A stretch of DNA of 38,607 nt from Thermoproteota archaeon (lineage in GTDB: Archaea; Asgardarchaeota; Jordiarchaeia; Jordiarchaeales; Freyrarchaeaceae). A program made the translations under genes and the position numbers. The stretch spans positions 1 to 38,607 of the forward strand of contig JAPDJY010000018.1 in assembly GCA_029258835.1 (NCBI GenBank). The letters run 5' to 3'. Under the pieces are notes generated by a model, which saw only the letters and a program-made list of their open reading frames with translations, ran no database searches and was not told the DNA's origin. This document shows, piece after piece, positions 21,149 through 30,480 of this stretch. Each line of letters begins with the position of its first letter. The stretch's first letter is position 1.

Positions 21149-21640
21149 TTACACTTCGACGGCTATCTTTGAAAGCTTGCCGTAATCCTTAAACTCTGAA
21201 ACGTCAAAGTACACGTTTCCGTCAGCCTCGTAAGCGAGCCCTTTATCTGAAAGCTTAGCTACAGCGTCGATGATGTCGTCTATGTGCTCTGTAACTTTCG
21301 GGTAAACGTCTGTCCTTCTAACACCCAAAGCATCCACTTCCCTAAAGTAGGTTTCAGTATAGTATACTTTCCAGCTACTTCGCTAGCCGTTACGCCATCC
21401 CTCTCAGCCCTGTTAATTATCTTGTCGTCGATGCCCGTTATGTTCTGAACGTAGAAGGCCTCGTACCCTAATAACTCGAGTGCCCTCCTCACCGCGTCGA
21501 ACGCGACGTACGTCCTGGCGTGTCCAATATGCGCCTCATCGTAAACCGTCGGGCCGCAGACGTACATTTTAACAGGTGGTGGCTCGAACGGCTCGAACCT
21601 CCGTCGCGCCTGAAGGGGTATTGTACACCCGTAGCACCAT
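21149..21640 (-). pseudogene. cysS: Cysteinyl-tRNA synthetase N-terminal fragment, frameshifted and truncated
   Basis: MVLRVYNT / [34 protein letters not shown] / MDALGV..PKVTEHI..GNVYFDV..YGKLS, broken by two frameshifts. No KMSKS half seen. Confidence 0.9.
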
Positions 21641-21740
21641 AAGCACCGCCGGTTAAAAGTAGCATTTCCTCCCTTTAAAGGTTCTACGGTTACCGCGAGG
21701 AAAGTTATAACTTTCCGCTCCCCTTTAAAGGGAGTCGGAG

Positions 21741-22658
21741 GTGTACGCTGTGTTTCGCTTTAACACGCGGCAGAAGGTTTTCAACATTTCCGGTGTTATG
21801 GTTGGAGGGCAGCTTGGAGAATACCCGACCGTCATGATCGGAAGCATATTCTATCAGGGCGAGAAGATAGTTGAAGACGAGAAGAACGGGGTTTTTAACA
21901 GGGAGAAAGCTGAGGAGTACCTGAAGAGGGAAGAGGAGATTTCAGAGGTAACAGGTAACCCTCGAATAGTCGACGTGTGCATAGGCTGGCCTCAAGCCAT
22001 AGAAAAATACGTAGACTTCGTCGCTGACGCTGTTAGCGGGCCATTCGCGATAGACGGGGCAACGGAGCAAGTCAGAGTTGACGCGGTAAGGTATGCAGGT
22101 GAAGTGGGGCTTTCAGAGAGAGTCGTATACAACTCTTTAACTCCGCAAGCCAAGAAGGAAGAGGTGGAAGCACTCAAAGCCTCCGGGGTAAAGTCCGCCA
22201 TTCTGCTAGCTGTGAACCCGAGAAACCTCACGGTGGCTGGCCGCCTCGAAGTAATGGATAATCTTCTCTCAGTTGCCTCCCAAGCAGGCATAGAGAATAC
22301 TCTCATAGACGTAGCTGTCTTCGACGTTCCAGACCCAGGCGCTGTAGGGAAAACCATATATTACGTTAAGGAAAGGTACGGGTTGCCCGCAGGAGCAGGA
22401 CTCCACAATGCTGTTGAAAGACTAAGATCACGGAGAAAGCTGACGAGGGACGAACGCATCGTAGCGCTAACAGCCGCCAACGTCATCCCAATAAGCCTAG
22501 GAGCAAACTTCATCCTCTACGGGCCAGTAGAGTCCGCCCCAGTAGCATACTATGGCTGCGCCCTAGCCGACGCCTACGTAGCATTCAACATGAGGCTGGA
22601 GTACAGGATGAGACCTGCAACACAAAACCATCCCCTTTTCAAGGTCTTCAGAACGTGA
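21741..22658 (+). CDS. mtrH: Stand-alone MtrH-family methyltransferase (methyl-corrinoid:H4MPT/THF)
   Basis: [50 protein letters not shown]. No other mtr genes adjacent. Confidence 0.9.
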   Translation: MYAVFRFNTRQKVFNISGVMVGGQLGEYPTVMIGSIFYQGEKIVEDEKNGVFNREKAEEYLKREEEISEVTGNPRIVDVCIGWPQAIEKYVDFVADAVSGPFAIDGATEQVRVDAVRYAGEVGLSERVVYNSLTPQAKKEEVEALKASGVKSAILLAVNPRNLTVAGRLEVMDNLLSVASQAGIENTLIDVAVFDVPDPGAVGKTIYYVKERYGLPAGAGLHNAVERLRSRRKLTRDERIVALTAANVIPISLGANFILYGPVESAPVAYYGCALADAYVAFNMRLEYRMRPATQNHPLFKVFRT

Positions 22659-23282
22659 ATTGTTCCCACCCTAAACCATGCAACCATCCAACGGCTTATT
22701 CCGGGGGTTAAGCACGATAATCATTAAAGTGAAGGAAAAATGGGCACTCAATGCTAGGTAGGGTAGCTGGGAATGAACACCGATGAGAGACATCCATGTA
22801 GGATGTTTCATCAGATGGGCAACCGGATGAAGCAAGGAAAAGGAAAGGCTGGAAATGCGCTGCCTTCCTTCGTTCCATGCGGTTAACAGTTCTCCCGACC
22901 GTAGGTTCCCGTTCCGTTAATAGAACACAGCATCTTCTGTAAACTCCACCCCGGATAGTCCCCTCGAACGCTTATACTGACCCCTCCCACCCCTAATAAC
23001 CCGCTAACAGAGCATACCTTTCACACATGCTGACCGGTCGGGTTATACAATGCCTCACCGCCTCCAGCTGAAACATTTCTTTAGTAGTTCAGCAGCTTTA
23101 GACAGGTTGACTGGGAGCGTGACGGGGAATCAACCTCTATTGAAGCAACAACCGCGTCGAATCGTAAACGTCTTAGGCGAACGCTAAGTGTCTGCCCCAG
23201 TCCACTTTGCCTCCTCTTTAAGAACTAGCTTCCTGAAAGCCCACTATCCTGTTTACTTCTCTCCCACCCTGCAACCCTTAGT

Positions 23283-23303
23283 AAAAATAAGCGTCTTATT
23301 TTT
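23283..23303. terminator. AT-rich hairpin, possible terminator
   Basis: AAAAATAAG-CGT-CTTATTTTT, 40 bp downstream of the minus-strand coiled-coil gene. Confidence 0.4.
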
Positions 23304-23342
23304 TAAAGGGTTTAATTTAAAGGGTTTAAGGGGGTTACGGTT

Positions 23343-23744
23343 TTAACTTAGAAGTGCTATCAAGCTCACCACTATGGTAAACATCGATATCAGCACTCCT
23401 AGAATAGTGAAGTAAAGCCGCAAGTTCCTGTAAAGCTCTTCAAACCGTTTATCCACGGCCTCAAACCGCTTATCCACGGCCTCAAACCGCTTATTTATGT
23501 CCTCGAACCTCCTGTTTATGTCCTCAAACCTTCTGTTCACGTCCTCAAATCTTTTGTTCACATCATCGAACCTTTTGTTCATGTCCTCGAACCGCTTGTT
23601 TACGTCGTCAAACCTTTTGTTTACGAGTTCAACCAGTATTTTTATGTCTTCTTTTGTGGCAACGTTCCTTAGAGGGAGTAGCCTTTCAAGCTCCCTCCTG
23701 ACTATCTCAACAACTTCAAGCTTTGCGGCGTCGGATAAACCCAT
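23343..23744 (-). CDS. Tail-anchored coiled-coil heptad-repeat protein
   Basis: ATKEDI followed by nine [VMI][ND][KR]RF[DE]x heptads and a C-terminal hydrophobic helix. Confidence 0.85.
   Translation of the reverse strand: MGLSDAAKLEVVEIVRRELERLLPLRNVATKEDIKILVELVNKRFDDVNKRFEDMNKRFDDVNKRFEDVNRRFEDINRRFEDINKRFEAVDKRFEAVDKRFEELYRNLRLYFTILGVLISMFTIVVSLIALLS
23436..23624 (-). repeat. Nine imperfect 21-bp coding tandem repeats
   Basis: Units such as CTCAAACCGCTTATCCACGGC on the + strand encode VDKRFEA/VNKRFED heptads on the - strand. Confidence 0.9.
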
Positions 23745-24092
23745 AAGGACACCTAGGTAGAACGTGGTGAAATCTTAGAAATAAAGGTTACGTCGTTTGG
23801 TGGTGGCTATCACCTTCTTTTTAATGCTCTTTTGACGGAGCCTTCAGAGAGTTCCCAGCAAGTTAGATCGGTTTGCATTATTGGTGGCGCCTATCCTTGC
23901 GCCTCTTCACGTGTTCAGACTTCTCAATTCACGAGAACGCCTTCTCCTAGCGAAGTCATAACCGCCTCAGAGGAACTTTTAAGTTGGCTTGGGTTGCCTT
24001 GAAAAGAAAGGGAAGGTGGCTGTGCGGCGTGGCAGGTGTATGTAATAACACTTAAATGTGTGAAATTACGTGTTTTACGTGTAGGTGGTTGG

Positions 24093-24371
24093 ATGCCGAA
24101 TATTACGCTTTCGGTTCCAAAGGAGCTGTATGAGAGGATGAAGAAGCATAGGGAGATCAGGTGGAGTGAAGTTGTTAGAAGGGCTATAGTGGAGTATCTG
24201 GAGAGGCTGGAGGGGGGTGGTCTTGAGGCTTCGAGCAAGGAGCTTCTCGGCATGGTTAAGGGGCTTGAGGAGAGAATAAAGAAGACGCCCCTAGAGAAGT
24301 ATGAGGCGTTCTTTGAGGATGCGAGGAGTGCGGAATGGAAACGCCTAGAGAGCTCTACGACACAAACGTAA
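24093..24371 (+). CDS. VapB-type RHH antitoxin
   Basis: [32 protein letters not shown]; overlaps the PIN gene; direct repeat TTACGTGT x2 at 24066-24082. Confidence 0.85.
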   Translation: MPNITLSVPKELYERMKKHREIRWSEVVRRAIVEYLERLEGGGLEASSKELLGMVKGLEERIKKTPLEKYEAFFEDARSAEWKRLESSTTQT

Positions 24372-24667
24372 TCATAGAGGCGTTGAAGGAAGGAAGAAAG
24401 ATAAATGGGTACACGACGATCCTGAACCTAGTAGAGTTCCCGAAAGGACTTGAAGTCGAACTAGGAGTGTTGACTCCGTCGATCAAGGACTACCTTCTCG
24501 CCATCGAAATCTCGCAGACAATGGTGGAGCAGGGGACGCCAATCCCAGCAGTAGACACCGTAATATCTGCAGTCGCAATAAACAGAAAGCTTACCCTAGT
24601 AACCAAAGACAAACACTTCACCCTCGTACAGAGAGCATACCCAGAGCTAAAAATCAAGAGAGAATAA
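24335..24667 (+). CDS. vapC: VapC PIN-domain toxin (intact)
   Basis: [30 protein letters not shown]. Confidence 0.9.
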   Translation: METPRELYDTNVIIEALKEGRKINGYTTILNLVEFPKGLEVELGVLTPSIKDYLLAIEISQTMVEQGTPIPAVDTVISAVAINRKLTLVTKDKHFTLVQRAYPELKIKRE

Positions 24668-25413
24668 ACCCTAAACTTAATATAATTTCCGTTTCTGGGG
24701 TGTTGCAGCACGTGATAAAAATGGAAATCGCCTTACGATAACAGCTAGAATAGCTGAGAAACCTAGTGAAAAGCTGGAATGTGTGAAGGGGGTACGATGA
24801 TGAAGAATGGGTGGGGAGGAGAGGTGAGGAGGGTGGACGAGGGGAAGAGGAGACTAGGTTTTCAGGGACTTTAATCTTCATTTCGTCGGTGCAAAGAGAA
24901 GTTTTGGTTTTAGGTTTATGGAGCTCAAAATGGAAAGTTGAGATGAACTCTAGAAAGGCTACCACGTTTCTTTATCGTAGTGTTGTTGCGATTACTTGGA
25001 AGATGGGTTGCTCCGTGTACGTATCCAACTATGGGGCTGCCACGCGCTCCCTTAGCTCCCACACCTACGCTAAGGGTGCTATCACACCCAAGACTTTGGA
25101 TGCCGATCCCGCGGCCAGAATTCCCCCTTCTTCTCGGATCCATGGGGGATCCCCGGTGTCCCGCATTGCATCGTAGGGCTGTGGCCATAAGCCGCTTTTG
25201 TGATGCTACGTCAACGCGTATGGAGTCGAGAGGATCATGGAGTAGAGCACGGGTGCGTTGTGGACGGGTTCAGATGCACATGCAAATAGGCCACGTCAGC
25301 TTATTTCGGTGCTCGAAAGGCTTCATCTCTTGTCTCGGTGAAGGTTCAAGGCATCCTTCTAGGTATTTACCGAAATCATTTTATGAGTAAATCTGCTAGG
25401 TAATGGTGGTGTT

Positions 25414-25692
25414 TTGATGAAGGCTAAAACTAGCGTGTACGTGGACAGGGATCTTTGGGAGAAGTTTAAGGTTCTGTCAGCTAGCAGGAAAACTGATGTA
25501 AGCAGTCTTTTAAAGGAGTTAATAAGGGAGGAGACGATGGAACAGCTTGACGAGGCTCTCTCAGAGCTCGGCTTGGAGAGCGGCGAGCTAGACTTTGAAC
25601 CTGTAAAGGTTTCTAAGCCTGTAAGTGGGCTGGTTAGGGTGATGAGAGACGAGAGGAGAGACGGTATATCTGGACTCCAGTGCGATTATTAA
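25414..25692 (+). CDS. VapB-type RHH antitoxin (intact)
   Basis: KTSVYVDRDLWEKFK..VSSLLKELIREE; C-terminal LVRVMRDERR overlaps the PIN gene. Confidence 0.8.
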   Translation: MMKAKTSVYVDRDLWEKFKVLSASRKTDVSSLLKELIREETMEQLDEALSELGLESGELDFEPVKVSKPVSGLVRVMRDERRDGISGLQCDY

Positions 25693-26298
25693 GAGATATT
25701 TTTCCGAGAAGGGAAGCAGTAGAGTGAGAGAGACATACTTGGAAGCTTACTCCGGTAAACTAACAGTATCCTACAGCATATGGAACATAGGCGAGGTTCC
25801 CGGCGTCATGGATAGAGCTAAAAGGCTTGGAATGATAAATGGCGAAGCTTACAGCACTGCTAGAAGCAGGTTTCTATCCGAGACGAGGCGGATGATCAGG
25901 CTTGGAATCGCCTTGCGAAACAGTTAAATATTTTGTATGTGTTTGTGAGTGCTGGTCTGGCCACAGGGTGGCCTAATGGGGTGGAGTCTTCGGATGTGGG
26001 GCTCCGGGGTTACCCCGAAAGCCCCATCAGAGGCCCATGCCTCGATGACGGGGAAACGCCTGACAGACCAACCACATTTACCCATAAAAACCTATCAAGC
26101 GTGAACCCCGTCCCCATACCCCTCAAAGTGAAGGTGCTGAGGGATGGCTGGAGGATCTTAGAGAAACACCACATATACGTAGCCGATGCTATACAGGTTT
26201 CCTCCGCTAAGCATGTACAAGCAGACATACTCCTCACAGGGGACAAGAAGCTGCATGATGTAGCCTTGAAGGAAGGAGTTAGAAGCGAGTTACTGTGA
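25649..26298 (+). pseudogene. vapC: VapC PIN toxin interrupted by the ~197-bp element; start codon reads ACG
   Basis: TVYLDSSAIIKRY..WNIGEV..RLGIA | insertion | VPIPLK..HIYVADAIQV..LLTGDKKL. Removing 25913-26109 restores one frame. Confidence 0.88.
25913..26109 (+). mobile_element. Non-autonomous mini-element copy 1, probable IS607- or IS200/IS605-derived (TnpB 3' end/omega-RNA)
   Basis: Aligns end to end with 37354-37552; disrupts vapC; no TIRs; CC at both junctions; remnant LRMWGSGVTPKAP..YQA-stop. Confidence 0.8.
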
Positions 26299-26393
26299 CC
26301 TCCTCAACTCGTGTGAAGAAAGGGTAGTCAAATTAAATATCCCATGGAGAGGGGGAAAACACCGCCAGCTGCGCAACACGGCACTATCCTCCT

Positions 26394-26942
26394 TTACTTG
26401 AATGGTAACCCCGTTGCCCGTGGAACATTAATTGAGGTTGTTGCGGATACGTCGAGACGTTGGGAGGAGCGTGCCGCGTCACCGTCTTCTTCCCGCCTCC
26501 CTCGGAATAGGAAGTTTCCCTTTTCAGTCACGTGTTCTCTCTCGACGGTTTGGTTAAACTTGCTTTTAACCTTGTTCAGGTAGGCTTCGTCTGCGTGTAT
26601 GATTACTCCCTCGTTGAAAAGGTCGTATGCCAGCATTCTTGCCTCTTCACATAGGATTTCAAACTCTTCCGGCGATAGCACATGGAACTCCGCGTGGTGC
26701 ACCTGAACGATTACTGGCGGCAGGCCGATCCTTTTCCACCGTGGCCCCACCCCCTATACGATCAGCACATCCACGTCGCTTCCAGCATGCTAGTTCCCCC
26801 GAGCGGAGCTACCGAAAACCCCTACAAGCTTGACCTTACTCCCTGAAGGATCTGTGACCCTCCTCACCTCTTCCATGCGGCTCCCTAGCTCTTCGATAAC
26901 CTTTCTACGAAACTCATCACGTTCCTCGCTGCTTCCAAGCAT
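26394..26942 (-). pseudogene. Minimal nucleotidyltransferase (MNT) pseudogene
   Basis: VGVFGSSARGN*HAGSDVDVLIV* with in-frame TAGs at 26790-26792 and 26754-26756. Confidence 0.8.
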
Positions 26943-27060
26943 CTTTCAGCATCCTCCCTCCCATAAAGCTCGTGGACAACGCTCCCCCACGGATTTTTAG
27001 TGTAATGTGCTCATCAGCTTTCTTTCATGCTTCGCCTGCTCCGCGCCTCATTGGCTGGAA
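26885..27060 (-). pseudogene. HEPN C-terminal remnant
   Basis: NPWGSVVHELYGREDAERCLEAARNVMSFVERL, overlapping the MNT start; the N-terminal part is lost. Confidence 0.6.
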
Positions 27061-27222
27061 ATGGCACCCTTGGCCCCTCAGACATCCTCAACCCCATGCT
27101 GAATGACCTGGTAAGCGTGTGCCAGCGATTGAAACACTACATTCGCATTCTACGCTAGTTTTACCTTACGCGGCTGGATAAAAGTAATTAGGGTCTGACG
27201 CGTAAATCAAACTAGAGGTGGT

Positions 27223-27984
27223 ATGTGGCCAGCATGAATTGTCGGTCGAGAAATCTTGGGTGTGCCACTTATGGTCGACATTGACTGGAACCTGGAGCGG
27301 GGCTTGATGGAGAACCTCAGTGTGCACTTGGGTGTAGACCTTAGAGAGTTGATAGATGTGCCTCGTGAAGGGCTTCTGGAGGGTGACAGGGTTATCTACG
27401 TGGGTCACGGGGAAGGGTTTAAACGCAGGGACCCGAAGCCTGAGGGGGTCGGGGGGTTTCTGAGGGAGCTGGCGGCCGCCATGGACGAAGCTGTGGGAAA
27501 AGGAAGGTACAAGATTAGTTTTGAGATGCCGACTCCCCCGCAGCCGGGAGGAGAACCCAAGCCTAGGATGATCGACGTGATACCCGACTTTGTCTGGTGG
27601 CGTGAGCACGTAGAGTACGCTAGATCCCCCAAGCTTCTGCCTCGTGGGGATTGGCGGGTGGACTGGCTCCTAGGCGTGCTTTTCAAGTCGGAGGAAGCCG
27701 ACATGGTTTACCTAGACTTCAGAGACCCTAAAGTTAAGGTGGTTGTTTCGGGGTGCTTCTACTCCATGCATGACAGCTGCGAGCTGGAGGCTAGGAGAAG
27801 GAACGTGCTAGTTAGCTCGCTTAGAAAGGCGAAAAAGCTGAAGGAAAGGTATCAGTCTAACCCCCACGTTAAGTGGGTGAAAATAGTGTTCGCTCCAGAC
27901 CAGGAAGAAGTCCAAAAAATGATAATCACCGTGATGGACCCCGCCGGAATGCTGACCACGTCGGAGAGCCAAATACCCGGGTAA
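27223..27984 (+). CDS. Hypothetical protein; in-frame TGA at codon 5 after the best start
   Basis: GAGGTGGT precedes ATG TGG CCA GCA TGA ATT..., in frame with the 242-aa ORF 27256-27984. No family recognised. Confidence 0.6.
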
Positions 27985-28682
27985 CCATCAAAAGAGGAAG
28001 CCAGCAGCTCGAAGTACCCGCAACCCCTCTTCTTGTAGTTGGCTTTTGCTGTTTGACCTTCTGGGTGAAGGCGGCGAAGAGATTGCATGATTTGGCTTTC
28101 GGGCTTGAAACCCATACCTCGTGGGGCCTGTTGGCTCTGCCGACGTGAACACTACTCTTTCCATAGATTTCTGCGAAGGCGAGGATGATCATGGCTCTCC
28201 TTTTAACGTTGATGACCGCCTTTTCTTTGTTAAACCATTCCATGTTTTCTCCTTGCAGGGATCCACTTGCATTGCTTCCTTTGACCTGTATGTACCCTAT
28301 TCTTGGGGTTTTGATGATGGATGCCACGCTTTCCGTAGCTGTTTTATCTGCTGCAATGTAGGCTTTCGTCGAAGACGTACTAGTAAATTACGGCTGCAGT
28401 ATGGCGTTTATGATGGGTGTTCTCCGCCTCCTCTAAGAACCCCCTGCCCTCTCAAACCAGTCCTCAACCATACAAACACCTTACCTAACGGTTAAGTTAA
28501 AATCATTAGTTTTTTGAGGTTCTATGCTACATAACCCATTCCTTTCACGTTTTCCTCTGCCATTTAACGTTTCAGACAGGGAGTGGCAGCTTCAGATTGA
28601 CAGGAAATCATGTAACTTTAATATAACTTTAATAAATAGTAAACCTTAACTATTTATAAAGGTTGTAGAGGGTGATAGGTGG

Positions 28683-29420
28683 ATGTGGGTTCCCAAGTGG
28701 CTTGGGGAGGCGTATTCTAAGCTGTATGTAACGTTCGGAACGGAGACGTTTACCTTCAAGGAGGCGCTGGGGGCGCTTAGGGTTCCTGAGGGTAGAATGG
28801 CTTTAATAATGAGTAAGCTTCACTCCTATGGGATCTTAATGGCCTTTAGGAAAAGGCCGAGGGTTTACAGGCTATTAGATCCTGAAAACTTCATCCTGCT
28901 GGCATCAGGGAGGGTTAAGAAGCCTGAAGTAAAGCAGGAGATGTACCTAAAGCTGATTCTTGACGTCTTCAGGGAGGTCTCGAAGCGTTACAAGCTCGTG
29001 TCACTTGCCATTTATGGCTCCGTTGCCAGAGGGGATGCAAAGCCGACAAGCGACCTCGACGTTTTACTCGTATCAGATGATTTTAAGGGGAGCATAGCGT
29101 CTCGCATCGAGGAGATAGCAGACATCGAAGATGCTGAGGCGGTGAGGAGGGAGCGCCTCTGGCTCATGAAGCACGGCGTATACGCTGTGCTTAGCTACTA
29201 CCCGTTGAATAAACGGGAAATACTGCAACTCCCGGTCATCCTCCTAGACCTAACCGAGGACGCGAGGATCCTGTACGACGAGGGCGATTTTCTGCAGAAC
29301 GCCCTGAACGGGCTAAAGGTGAAACTGCAGTTGATGGGTGCTAGGCGTGTTAAACTGAAAGACGGCTGGTACTGGGACCTGAAACCGAACTATAAACCCT
29401 TAGAGGTCATTGAGCTTTGA
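28683..29420 (+). CDS. MNT-family nucleotidyltransferase antitoxin with N-terminal winged-HTH-like extension
   Basis: IYGSVARGDAKPTSDLDVLLV; C-terminal WYWDLKP; TAACTTTAATA x2 upstream (28613-28634). Confidence 0.88.
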   Translation: MWVPKWLGEAYSKLYVTFGTETFTFKEALGALRVPEGRMALIMSKLHSYGILMAFRKRPRVYRLLDPENFILLASGRVKKPEVKQEMYLKLILDVFREVSKRYKLVSLAIYGSVARGDAKPTSDLDVLLVSDDFKGSIASRIEEIADIEDAEAVRRERLWLMKHGVYAVLSYYPLNKREILQLPVILLDLTEDARILYDEGDFLQNALNGLKVKLQLMGARRVKLKDGWYWDLKPNYKPLEVIEL

Positions 29421-29848
29421 AGCTGGTTAAGCTTGCAGGGTCGTACATGAGGCAGGCGGAGGCAAGGGTTGAAGACGCAGAGGACGCCTACAACAAAGAA
29501 AACTACCCTTACGCGGTCAGGTTAAGCCAGGAGGCCGTTGAGTTGAGCCTTAAGGCATCGCTGCGCCTCGTCGGCATAGAGTACCCGAAAATCCACGACG
29601 TGTCCGACATCTTGGAAATCTCAGAGAACAGATTCCCTGAATGGTTCAGGGCGGAGATACCCTTCCTGGCAGAAACCTCTAGGAAACTGGCGAAGAAGAG
29701 AGATGTGAGCTTTTATGGTGGAGAGGAGGAACTGCTATCCCCCGAGGACCTGGTAAGCAGGGAGGACGCCGAGGATTCCGTGGAAAGAGCCAGAAAGACC
29801 GTCGAAACATGCAAGAAACTACTAGAACAGTACAAACAAATTTTATAG
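29417..29848 (+). CDS. HEPN-domain protein
   Basis: LSQEAVELSLKA, YPKIHDV, RDVSFYG, EDAEDSVERA; 4-nt overlap with the MNT gene. Confidence 0.9.
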   Translation: MKLVKLAGSYMRQAEARVEDAEDAYNKENYPYAVRLSQEAVELSLKASLRLVGIEYPKIHDVSDILEISENRFPEWFRAEIPFLAETSRKLAKKRDVSFYGGEEELLSPEDLVSREDAEDSVERARKTVETCKKLLEQYKQIL

Positions 29849-30222
29849 GTTTATCCTCCTGACACGTGGCTGTAAGTGTTCCCTTCCGTTCTCGCCGAAT
29901 TCCCTGTTGAGAGGGGAGCACGCATCCGAAACGTCTTTCAGCTGAAGGTGGAAAATTTAAACCGGTTTACGTTCAAGCTCAACCGGCACGGCGTTGCATA
30001 CCTGCCTGCCCCTCACCGAAGTGCATGTGCATAGGGGCCGCCAAGCCTGTTCCTGTCGATGTGCTGATTCACTCCTGAGTGTTGAGGGGTGGTGGAGGGT
30101 GGGTGGAAGAAGGCTGCCGTATGGCTAACTGGTGGACGAGCCGGCGGAGTGGGGTTTCACGAAAAGTCGGATGAAAATCATAGTCAGAAAACATATTAAT
30201 TCTAACATAGAGTGTTATTCTG

Positions 30223-30480
30223 GTGATAACGTTGAGTCTGACGGTCAAGGCGAGGATAGGGAGGAAGCGGGTGCTTGTTATCCCTAAAAAAATAGCCGAG
30301 TACCTTAACCTTGACGAGGGCTCCGCCGTCAGGGTTACCGCTTCAAAGGACAAGATCATCATTGAGCCGTTACGCGACGCCGTATGGCTGTCACTGCACG
30401 GCGAGAAGGTTGCCCGGGTCACCCTTAAGGAGCTTGAGGAGGAGAGCCTTGAGCGGCAGAGGAGGTACATCGAGGAGTAA
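30223..30480 (+). CDS. AbrB/MazE/SpoVT-family antitoxin
   Basis: RIGRKRVLVIPKKIAEYLNLDEGSAV..KIIIEP. Confidence 0.88.
   Translation: MITLSLTVKARIGRKRVLVIPKKIAEYLNLDEGSAVRVTASKDKIIIEPLRDAVWLSLHGEKVARVTLKELEEESLERQRRYIEE

Noticed and set aside
22880-23250. TBP-like remnant (VVASIEV..PVNLSKAAELL) on the minus strand
   Set aside because: Too short and split across frames to support.
23436-23624. 21-bp repeats as a CRISPR array
   Set aside because: No spacers; these are in-frame coding heptads.
24723-24750. GAAATCGCCTTACGATAACAG as a third copy of the element
   Set aside because: Similarity stops after ~25 nt, with no hairpins or right end.
26041-26065. CTCGATGA..GAAAC in the mini-element as a hammerhead ribozyme, SECIS or C/D sRNA
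   Set aside because: It lacks the CUGANGA core and required stems and is too short for a SECIS helix. At most it is a K-turn-like motif.
25913-26109. Mini-element as an intron
   Set aside because: Copy 2 is antisense to its host gene, and no bulge-helix-bulge or group I/II core is apparent.
25933-26298. ORF-track proteins 25933-26298, 30311-30919 and 37041-37328 as given
   Set aside because: They are chimeric or over-extended frames: element plus VapC C-terminus, antitoxin overlap, and HEPN plus MNT through a frameshift.
26754-26792. Two in-frame TAG codons in the MNT gene as pyrrolysine read-through
   Set aside because: Each is one substitution from TGG or GAG, and the partner HEPN is clearly eroded, so decay is the simpler explanation.
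27926-28495. ORFs 27926-28327 (-) and 28121-28495 (+), and other short antisense ORFs across the window
   Set aside because: No motifs, RBS or typical codon use; most are shadows of real genes on the opposite strand.
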